From a virus (Duplodnaviria > Caudoviricetes): 31,786 bases of DNA. The translations under genes were made by a program, and so were the position numbers. The notes beneath the pieces were generated by a model. It was not told the DNA's origin. It saw nothing but the letters and a program-made list of their open reading frames with translations, and ran no database searches. Positions 25,482 through 31,786 of the stretch are shown in pieces. Each line of letters opens with the position of its first letter. Within the stretch, counting starts at the first letter, position 1. Where the stretch lies: positions 1 through 31,786 of IMG/VR virus record IMGVR_UViG_3300035148_000080, one strand, 5' to 3'.

Positions 25482-26474
25482 TTATACCAGTTGAAGTGCG
25501 TTATCAAATGCACGCTGAATGATTCTGCTTCCGTTTCCGAATGTGATATCCTTCATGCGCTGTTCTGCACTATCGTACTTCTTACACCATCCCATGTATC
25601 CACTGATTGCATTGTACGCACCGAACACAGTACCCTTCGTTGCATCTGTCATCTGTGTTTCGTGTGTGCGTGCGAAGTGCATTATTGCTTCTGCTGTGTT
25701 GATGGTACGGCTACTTAACTCCTTCGCCACTTCCTTGTCCGTCACTTCTTCTTGCTGTGGCTTGATAGCTTCCATGATGAATTTGTATAGCCTGTCATCA
25801 ACGATTCGTGTACTTGCCATCTTCTCATAGATTGGCTGAACCTGTGCCATGTACTTACTCGCCATTCCCATCACCTTGTACGCTTCCTTCATGCGTTCAT
25901 TAATACCCGATTGGTGCATCAGTCGCACCTTATTAGTGCAGTTACCAAGTGCAGCAGTAAGCGTATTATTACATACCACACGTATCGGAGTGATTGCAGC
26001 TATCAATGGATGCTGTCCGTTGTGTCCATTGGTAAGCATCACGTATTGGGATATCTGTTCACCGTGTACCAGTATATCTTCCGGTAGCTTCGCTGTCAGG
26101 AATATGCGCTCACCGTCACCGAGTGCGCCTGCCGTCTGATATATTGCTTCTCCTTCTTCTATCAGCGCATCGAAGAAACTGAAACAGTCCTTGTTCTGCA
26201 CTATCTCATAATCATTGCTTACAACACCAAGTACATCAAGTGTGTCCATACGAACAGTAGCAACCCTGTTCTTCAATAACTTGTTCCTTCCATCGCTTGC
26301 CAGTGCATAAAGTGGTAGCTTCTTGATTTCATAATCAAGCTGCGCCAACTCTATCGCTTCTGCTGCTGTCATAGCTTGGTCAACGTACTGACCTAATCCA
26401 TGCCATGCTACTTCTCCAACTGCTGCGAATGAATACTTACCTGTCCTTTTACTTTTGTTAAGATTGTGTGCCAT
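25482..26474 (-). CDS. DUF932/DUF945 family phage/plasmid protein
   Basis: MAHNL...AWHGLG, LGVVS.DY..VQN...F.FFD, TAGALG.GERIF, TPIRVVCNNTL, GTVFGAYNAI. Confidence 0.9.
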   Translation of the reverse strand: MAHNLNKSKRTGKYSFAAVGEVAWHGLGQYVDQAMTAAEAIELAQLDYEIKKLPLYALASDGRNKLLKNRVATVRMDTLDVLGVVSNDYEIVQNKDCFSFFDALIEEGEAIYQTAGALGDGERIFLTAKLPEDILVHGEQISQYVMLTNGHNGQHPLIAAITPIRVVCNNTLTAALGNCTNKVRLMHQSGINERMKEAYKVMGMASKYMAQVQPIYEKMASTRIVDDRLYKFIMEAIKPQQEEVTDKEVAKELSSRTINTAEAIMHFARTHETQMTDATKGTVFGAYNAISGYMGWCKKYDSAEQRMKDITFGNGSRIIQRAFDNALQLV

Positions 26475-26499
26475 AAATACCTGTTTTTGATTTTTGTTT

Positions 26500-26718
26500 T
26501 TAATTACAGCAGTACCCTCGTAACCTGCTGCTTAGAATTTTAAATTTGAATTTTGTTGATAAGTCCATAGCGTGCCGATACTTGTTCATCCACTTACGCA
26601 CGCTGTTATTAAGTTCTGCTTCTGATGGTGTCAGGATTTCCTGTTCAAACTCCCGTACTACATCAGCATCAGTAACCTCAATAGTTACCATGTGGATTTG
26701 AATAATGGATTTTTTCAT
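26500..26718 (-). CDS. Hypothetical protein
   Basis: 72 aa, tiles in the operon. Confidence 0.5.
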   Translation of the reverse strand: MKKSIIQIHMVTIEVTDADVVREFEQEILTPSEAELNNSVRKWMNKYRHAMDLSTKFKFKILSSRLRGYCCN

Positions 26719-26935
26719 CTGGAAATGGTTTATTACGAAGTGGGTCTGCTTCGTTAGTTACTGCAATAATGTGTTTCGGAGAATGAACGGTCATGAGGCT
26801 TTCCTTCTCTATCGTAATAGCGAATGGATAAATCTGATGAAGCCTCTTGTGATATGGCGTCAGCTTCTGCGTCATGTATGTTGCCTTCTTCTTTACTCCG
26901 TCTGCGTTTATGTGTGCGTACTCTGTTATAAACAT
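26678..26935 (-). CDS. Hypothetical protein
   Basis: 85 aa with an A-rich leader. Overlaps the alternative ORF 26754..27032. Confidence 0.45.
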   Translation of the reverse strand: MFITEYAHINADGVKKKATYMTQKLTPYHKRLHQIYPFAITIEKESLMTVHSPKHIIAVTNEADPLRNKPFPDEKIHYSNPHGNY

Positions 26936-27032
26936 TGCTATCAGTTATTTTTATCGTTATAAAAAGCAGTAGTAGCATCACTGATGCCACTACCACATTA
27001 CTTATCAATGGGTTCATCTGCTTTCCCTCCAT
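26754..27032 (-). CDS. Possible small membrane protein (alternative overlapping ORF)
   Basis: N-terminal hydrophobic stretch VVVASVMLLLLFITI. It fills the gap 26936-27013 but overlaps 26678..26935 by about 180 nt. Confidence 0.35.
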   Translation of the reverse strand: MEGKQMNPLISNVVVASVMLLLLFITIKITDSNVYNRVRTHKRRRSKEEGNIHDAEADAISQEASSDLSIRYYDREGKPHDRSFSETHYCSN

Positions 27033-27691
27033 TCTTTTTTCCGCATCCTCTTAAGATAGTCGTGCATCCATGAACCATACCACGATGATATACACCTGCG
27101 AAACTTCCTGTACTTTTTGTGCAGTGTGTTAATCTGTTCGATGTTATCCGTTGATATGTCTGCCCAAATATCCATGTAGATGAAGTCAAACTTCCTTTCT
27201 GATTCCCATGTAAACACATCGGCTTCAATGATAGTCAGCTTCGGTGACTTGAACTTACTGCCGACCAGTTGAATTACATTCGGGTTCTTCTCCAATACGG
27301 TTACACTGCGCACCTTATCATGATGGAGTATGTTGTGCAGCAGCATACCTATACCAAGTCCACCGATAAGTACATCACCGTATGCGTTATCAATGAAGAA
27401 AAAATTACTCTTACGTTCCATCACTGTGTCACTCATCATTAACTCACCGGCAATGTGCATACGCACGTATCCACCATTGTACATGACAAATAACCCATCA
27501 TTATCACGCATAGAACGCAGGTTATACATCGAGAACATTCCTTCGTCATACACATACTTTGTGATTGTTACATCTCCACACGTTTCATGGTCATCATACA
27601 AATCCCACACTCCCTTCACGCCTGTCAACTTTGCCACATCGTGGTTCTCCTGTTCAATGTCAATACTTGTTTCTATCGGTTTCTTTATCAT
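27014..27691 (-). CDS. Class I SAM-dependent methyltransferase-fold protein (spermidine-synthase-like)
   Basis: GDVLIGGLGIG motif I, VTVLEKN, IIEADVF, FDFIYMDIW. No DNA-MTase PC or DPPY motifs. Confidence 0.8.
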   Translation of the reverse strand: MIKKPIETSIDIEQENHDVAKLTGVKGVWDLYDDHETCGDVTITKYVYDEGMFSMYNLRSMRDNDGLFVMYNGGYVRMHIAGELMMSDTVMERKSNFFFIDNAYGDVLIGGLGIGMLLHNILHHDKVRSVTVLEKNPNVIQLVGSKFKSPKLTIIEADVFTWESERKFDFIYMDIWADISTDNIEQINTLHKKYRKFRRCISSWYGSWMHDYLKRMRKKEWRESR

Positions 27692-28197
27692 TTGCTATTG
27701 GTATTAGGCGTTATCAATTTGTAATACCCATACACGCATCGTGTGCCTCCACGCTGTGGATTATGTGTGTCGTGTATCACATTGTCTATTACGGCTGCTA
27801 CGTGTCGTGAAAGCCTTACTATCAACGTGCCATTCGGAAGTACTCCTTTACGCAGGTTCGTTGTGCATCCTGTTCCTATTCCCATACAGGCCACCCACAT
27901 GAAGTTCTTGTCAAGCAAATACTTGTGTATGACTTTCATTGGAACCCCTGTGCGTGAACTGCTCTTACGGTTCTTATGCTTTCTTTTACGTGCATCGTGT
28001 TCTTTGCACAGTACGTTGATTTCATCGTACACCTGTTGGTATGGTATGCCTGTCGCTATGGCGATGGCACGTGTGACACAATCACCTGTTGAACCTGCGT
28101 AACCGGCTTGCCTTCTGCCTCCATCATTATAGATGACCGGCATTTCTTCAAAAAAGGCTTCTTCAAACATTCTTGTCAATACTGGTGCTGCTCTCAT
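27688..28197 (-). CDS. Conserved-type phage protein with possible Cys-His-Asp (papain-like) active site
   Basis: YNDGGR..AGY.G..GDCVTRAIAIATG, RLSRHVAAVID..IHDT, CVYGYY. Confidence 0.55.
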   Translation of the reverse strand: MRAAPVLTRMFEEAFFEEMPVIYNDGGRRQAGYAGSTGDCVTRAIAIATGIPYQQVYDEINVLCKEHDARKRKHKNRKSSSRTGVPMKVIHKYLLDKNFMWVACMGIGTGCTTNLRKGVLPNGTLIVRLSRHVAAVIDNVIHDTHNPQRGGTRCVYGYYKLITPNTNSK

Positions 28198-28199
28198 GA

Positions 28200-28625
28200 T
28201 TATTTTTTTGATGTTGAATTGATATTGCTTCTTACTTCACCTGTTGCCAGTGCAGATTCAATGTCGCAATCAAAGTGCGCCAATCCACCATTACCAAGTA
28301 TGAGGTAATACACATATCCACGCTTCTTTGAACCACGTGCGACTATCTTCTTCACTTTACACTTGTATCCGTTCCACCTTCTGCCTATCCCATCCTTCGT
28401 CATGTCAACACCATTCATCGCACCTGCAACAGTAGCCCACGAACCTGACGATATCCCGATGTACTTGAAGTCACCGTTGTCCCTGTCACCACGACCAAGC
28501 TGAATGTCCATACCAACATAGTATGCTTCTCCGGTAGATGTTATTAGTGTGTCGCCTTTCATTTCCTGTGAATGTGCTGCAATGCCTGCTACCATAATCG
28601 TAAATACTAATACTGCTTTTTTCAT
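28200..28625 (-). CDS. Secreted/periplasmic protein with Sec signal peptide
   Basis: MKKAVLVFTIMVAGIAAHS/Q signal peptide (A-x-S then Gln, typical of Bacteroidota exported proteins). Confidence 0.7.
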   Translation of the reverse strand: MKKAVLVFTIMVAGIAAHSQEMKGDTLITSTGEAYYVGMDIQLGRGDRDNGDFKYIGISSGSWATVAGAMNGVDMTKDGIGRRWNGYKCKVKKIVARGSKKRGYVYYLILGNGGLAHFDCDIESALATGEVRSNINSTSKK

Positions 28626-28646
28626 GATTGTTTTTTATCTGTGTTG

Positions 28647-28670
28647 AAAATACAGGCGCATTGCTGCGCC
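28647..28670 (-). terminator. Possible weak terminator hairpin
   Basis: GGCGCA-TTGC-TGCGCC (28655-28670), followed on the minus strand by TGTATTTT. Confidence 0.4.
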
Positions 28671-28684
28671 CGATTGTTTTTAAA

Positions 28685-28921
28685 TTATGCTATCTCAAAT
28701 AACTGTTCCGCATCCATCACCAACCTTATCTGTAAGTTGATGAAGTCTTGAAGTTTCTGTGTGTCTTGGTAAAACTCAATACCCGATGGTGTCGCTTTCC
28801 ATGCGTCTGAACGTTCATACCATTCGTGTTCCCTTTCCGTTAGCTTTTCTTTTAACGCTTCAAGAAATTCCTGTTGATGCCTGATGCCGGTTTGCATTGC
28901 TGTCGTTCTTACAATTATCAT
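28685..28921 (-). CDS. Small helical hypothetical protein (RSxxW motif)
   Basis: 78 aa, WYERSDAWKATPSG. Similar to its upstream neighbour. Confidence 0.65.
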   Translation of the reverse strand: MIIVRTTAMQTGIRHQQEFLEALKEKLTEREHEWYERSDAWKATPSGIEFYQDTQKLQDFINLQIRLVMDAEQLFEIA

Positions 28922-28933
28922 AATCGTGATTTT

Positions 28934-29173
28934 TTACTGTTCTTCAAATAGATTGTCAATGTTATCGTATGCCTCTTGCAGTGTGTCAATGATATCTTGG
29001 TCTAATGTATTGATATCATCATCCATCGTTTCACCTTTCTCACTCTCTTGCCATTTCTCTGACCTGCTTTCCCATGTGCTACGTAAGTCATCACGTAGTG
29101 ATTCAAGTTCAGATTTAATGTCTTCAAGTTTTGACATTAGTGACATTACATTCTTTGTTCTTTTCAGTGCCAT
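28934..29173 (-). CDS. Small acidic helical hypothetical protein (RSEKWQESEKG motif)
   Basis: 79 aa, coiled-coil-like and very acidic. Confidence 0.7.
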   Translation of the reverse strand: MALKRTKNVMSLMSKLEDIKSELESLRDDLRSTWESRSEKWQESEKGETMDDDINTLDQDIIDTLQEAYDNIDNLFEEQ

Positions 29174-29183
29174 TGTATTTGTA

Positions 29184-29218
29184 ATAAATAGGGGAAGCCA
29201 TTATTTGTGACTTCCCCT
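29184..29218 (-). terminator. Terminator-like hairpin, copy 1
   Basis: AGGGGAAGCCA...TGACTTCCCCT (29190-29218), then ATTTATT on the minus strand. Confidence 0.6.
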
Positions 29219-29237
29219 GTGTTAATAATTGGGTTAA

Positions 29238-29828
29238 TTAGTTCAGTTCACTTGTTACTTCATTCGCCTGTGCAGGTTCTTCCTGTGTAACTGTATTGCT
29301 GCTTTCAGCCAGTGCTTTGAGTTCTTCCAAGTTGTCGTGGTTGTGAATACTGAAGTCAATCCTGTGCAGGTCTTCAACGGCTGCATCTGCGATACTGCTC
29401 ATATCACAACTTTCAACTTCCCACTGTTCAAGGTGCAAACGATTACCGTAGTCTATGGAATATTCCGTTCCCTTTATTTCCAACGTATCTGAATCAATCT
29501 CACATTCATTGACGGCATCCCTGACGTTGTCCCTTACAAGGTCAAGTAACTGGTCTTCCGTAATCAATACAAGTCCTGCTTCATGCAGCAGTTCTTTCGT
29601 GATTAAGATATTTGACTGTGCCTGTGGTTCTTCAACCTGTACGTCTATCTTATCTACTGCTGCGAGGAAGTTCCTGTGCAGCAGTGACAAGGCATTACTT
29701 ACATCTTCCTTCGTGAACAGGCTTCCAAGTGATTCCTTCACCCTGCTGTCTAACTCTGTCAGTACATTTGCGATTTCCATTGTTACTGCGTTCTTAACTG
29801 CTGTTACTGTCGTGTTGTTCGTGTTCAT
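29238..29828 (-). CDS. Acidic hypothetical protein
   Basis: Likely start MNTNN at 29828, which has an A-rich leader and avoids overlap. About 196 aa, D/E-rich. Confidence 0.7.
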   Translation of the reverse strand: MNTNNTTVTAVKNAVTMEIANVLTELDSRVKESLGSLFTKEDVSNALSLLHRNFLAAVDKIDVQVEEPQAQSNILITKELLHEAGLVLITEDQLLDLVRDNVRDAVNECEIDSDTLEIKGTEYSIDYGNRLHLEQWEVESCDMSSIADAAVEDLHRIDFSIHNHDNLEELKALAESSNTVTQEEPAQANEVTSELN

Positions 29829-29880
29829 GTTTCTGTTTTTAAATTGTGTTGTGTAATGAATAAAAATTGTCGTGTTGAAT

Positions 29881-30084
29881 TTACTTGTGAATTTTACTAT
29901 CGTATTGTTGAAGTGTGCGCATACCACCTTGTCGTGTGATGGCACTCATTAAATCAATGGTCTTTCCGTTTTCTGCAATGAAGTACCATGTGCCGGTCTG
30001 GTCTTCGTGAATCCATGACTTGTGAAGTACACCATCTAAGGTGTACCACACATCGTCAACGTGTACTGCGATTATCTTAATCAT
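29881..30084 (-). CDS. Hypothetical protein
   Basis: 67 aa, start overlaps the upstream stop. Confidence 0.55.
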   Translation of the reverse strand: MIKIIAVHVDDVWYTLDGVLHKSWIHEDQTGTWYFIAENGKTIDLMSAITRQGGMRTLQQYDSKIHK

Positions 30085-30493
30085 TTGAAACTGGTGTTAT
30101 GAAGTTTTTTAATTCTGTGTTGAGCTGCTCTATCCATGTAATGTCACCTGTCTTGTGATAATGCTTTACAGCATCTTCCATTGTTACAAGTGGGTTGTCA
30201 TTGTCAATGTACGTGTACTGCTTCAACCCTTCCGTCTGTATGCGTTCCATTATCTCTGCCTCTGTGTTGATGTTCAGGTTCAGCTTCTTTATAACTGATG
30301 CAGCCAATAGGCACTGACGGTAATCCATTGAACCGTCAAGTTGTAGATACCTGCCGTGCCTGTTGGCGTAGTCAAAGTATTCATCGACCATTAGGTTCTT
30401 CTTTACTGAATTGGTGTATGGCTTCCTTACTGATGCGAAACGTACTGCTCTGAAATTATTTGCTGAACTGAGCCTGTAATAAATCTTCTTCAT
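30077..30493 (-). CDS. Hypothetical protein
   Basis: 138 aa, A-rich leader. Confidence 0.65.
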   Translation of the reverse strand: MKKIYYRLSSANNFRAVRFASVRKPYTNSVKKNLMVDEYFDYANRHGRYLQLDGSMDYRQCLLAASVIKKLNLNINTEAEIMERIQTEGLKQYTYIDNDNPLVTMEDAVKHYHKTGDITWIEQLNTELKNFITPVSND

Positions 30494-30511
30494 TTTTGTC
30501 GTGTTAATTTG

Positions 30512-30712
30512 TTACTGAATGTTGTGTTGAATAATATGCTGTTGAACTGCCGTTGAAATGCTGTCATGTAACCTGCGCTGTGCAGGTGTCTTCCATCCTT
30601 TGTCCCGACCCTGTGCATGGAATACGATGATGGTACTCATTCCATTCTTGAACTCCACCGTGCGTTCATATCGGTGACTTCCCTTCTTTACCTTGTACTG
30701 CTTCTTTGCCAT
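30512..30712 (-). CDS. Small basic hypothetical protein
   Basis: 66 aa, tiles between a hairpin and the next gene. Confidence 0.55.
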   Translation of the reverse strand: MAKKQYKVKKGSHRYERTVEFKNGMSTIIVFHAQGRDKGWKTPAQRRLHDSISTAVQQHIIQHNIQ

Positions 30713-30720
30713 GTGATAAA

Positions 30721-30752
30721 ATTAAAAGGGGAAGCCAGTGTGACTTCCCCTT
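30721..30752 (-). terminator. Terminator-like hairpin, copy 2
   Basis: AAGGGGAAGCCA-GTG-TGACTTCCCCTT (30726-30752) with a TTTTAATTTT tail on the minus strand. Confidence 0.7.
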
Positions 30753-30759
30753 GTGTTTG

Positions 30760-31506
30760 TTATTTAATGAGGTATCTGTAATGCGGTCTTACTATCATTC
30801 CCCATGCAAGTATCGTGAAGGCACGTACCGTTTTCTCTCCATCTGTAATCGTCACTTCAAGATTTCCTTTACTCACCTTACCACGTATTATCTGCATCTT
30901 GCCAACATTCAGTTCTTTCACCTGTATGCGTTCAGCAAGTTTACGTGTAGCGTTCACATACTTCTCATTCGCACTGCGTTCTTCACGCTTAAGTGTTTCT
31001 TCCAGTGGGTGCATCGTGTCTTTATGCCATTCTATTCTTCTCGCACGTTCCCTCTCATACAGCTTGCCTTCTTCCTCGTTGATATAAACATTGTGATACC
31101 CTTTCCGTGCGCTGTATTCCATACGTGCTTCCGGCTGTTTCATTTTAGGCTTCGCAAGTTGTTCAGTAGCGAACTTCCATGTGCGTTCAGCATATTCAAT
31201 AGATGCCTTGATATACGCTTCCTTTATATCAACAGTTGATTCAACCAACTTATTATAGATGGTGTCAACATTGTCCATCGCTACTTCATTATAATATCTG
31301 ACGCCTTCGTGAGTGTAGTCTTTATTCGCAACAATCTTTTGTATTGCCGCTCTTACCATTGAACGACCTCCTATCCAGTTCGTGCATTCGTTAACTCCAC
31401 TCATTTTTATTTTCCCATTGCAATCTACTGTAACCTGTACTGGATAGAAGAATGAATTTGTCCGTGAACTGTCCTTGTGTTGATAGCTGAATGTTACCTT
31501 CTTCAT
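30760..31506 (-). CDS. Hypothetical phage protein
   Basis: 248 aa. C-terminal VRAFTILAWGMIVRPHYRYL motif looks like a recurrent early-phage family. Confidence 0.7.
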   Translation of the reverse strand: MKKVTFSYQHKDSSRTNSFFYPVQVTVDCNGKIKMSGVNECTNWIGGRSMVRAAIQKIVANKDYTHEGVRYYNEVAMDNVDTIYNKLVESTVDIKEAYIKASIEYAERTWKFATEQLAKPKMKQPEARMEYSARKGYHNVYINEEEGKLYERERARRIEWHKDTMHPLEETLKREERSANEKYVNATRKLAERIQVKELNVGKMQIIRGKVSKGNLEVTITDGEKTVRAFTILAWGMIVRPHYRYLIK

Positions 31507-31533
31507 AAATCGTGTTTTTAATTTGTGTTGTGA

Positions 31534-31722
31534 TTAGTGAAATTTGTTTCCGTCTATTTTGATTGTTACATAGTAGCCTTTCTGTGCGAATCGCATTGCT
31601 GCATCTTCTGCTTCACCATAAGTTGGACCAATGTGTATGGTGCGCATCTTCTTCTGTCCTTTAACGCTGAACCTGACTGCCCAATCGTTTGCAACTGTCC
31701 AATATATTATTGCTGTTTTCAT
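31534..31722 (-). CDS. Hypothetical protein
   Basis: 62 aa, A-rich leader. Confidence 0.55.
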   Translation of the reverse strand: MKTAIIYWTVANDWAVRFSVKGQKKMRTIHIGPTYGEAEDAAMRFAQKGYYVTIKIDGNKFH

Positions 31723-31786
31723 TTTTAATATGCTTTAATGATTTGAAGATTAAGTTCACTCGCTACATAATTGATATGCTTCGTTG

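Noticed and set aside
26678-27032. Overlapping ORFs as an i-spanin/o-spanin pair
   Set aside because: The second ORF has no lipobox or signal peptide, and there is no lysin or holin nearby; it sits in the early region.
27014-27691. SAM-fold protein as the C5 DNA methyltransferase feeding the TET enzyme
   Set aside because: It lacks the PC, ENV and RxR motifs, resembles the spermidine-synthase-like class, and lies about 9 kb from the operon.
529-31728. Numerous plus-strand ORFs (e.g. 10009..10821, 8203..8856, 12727..13380, 6311..6913)
   Set aside because: All are antisense to well-supported minus-strand genes, have Ser/Cys/Phe-rich shadow composition and show no motifs.
1-31786. Active stop-codon reassignment
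   Set aside because: Genes tile densely and intact under the standard code, with no fragmentation of TerL, TMP or DnaB.
1-31786. CRISPR array, tRNA/rRNA genes, integrase or IS elements
   Set aside because: No regularly spaced repeats, cloverleaf-like sequences or recombinase/transposase motifs were seen, and intergenic gaps are short.

Overview
A 31.8 kb segment of a tailed dsDNA phage (siphovirus-like) genome. Every credible gene lies on the minus strand and many are coupled by overlapping start/stop codons; the plus-strand ORFs are antisense shadows. In transcription order (right to left): (1) small early/accessory genes, including a SAM-dependent methyltransferase, a secreted protein and DUF932; (2) a recombination/replication module (ERF, YqaJ exonuclease, SSB, DnaA-C-terminal HTH protein, replication initiator, DnaB); (3) a strong terminator and a VRR-NUC nuclease; (4) a compact DNA-hypermodification operon (ParB-N protein, TET-associated glycosyltransferase, trifunctional nucleotidyltransferase-HAD phosphatase-kinase, TET/JBP-type 2OG-Fe(II) dioxygenase) lying just upstream of HNH and terminase genes; (5) an unusually ordered virion module: TerS, TerL, tail-assembly chaperone pair with a -1 frameshift site, tape measure, tail proteins, then a putative portal carrying a Zn-finger insert and a MuF-like head protein. 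TAnnTTTG promoter elements and A-rich leaders without Shine-Dalgarno motifs suggest a Bacteroidota host (inference). The best candidate for an undescribed system is the TET/glycosyltransferase operon that appears to carry its own activated-sugar synthesis enzyme and has no adjacent cytosine methyltransferase. All family assignments come from recognising motifs by eye; no searches were run.
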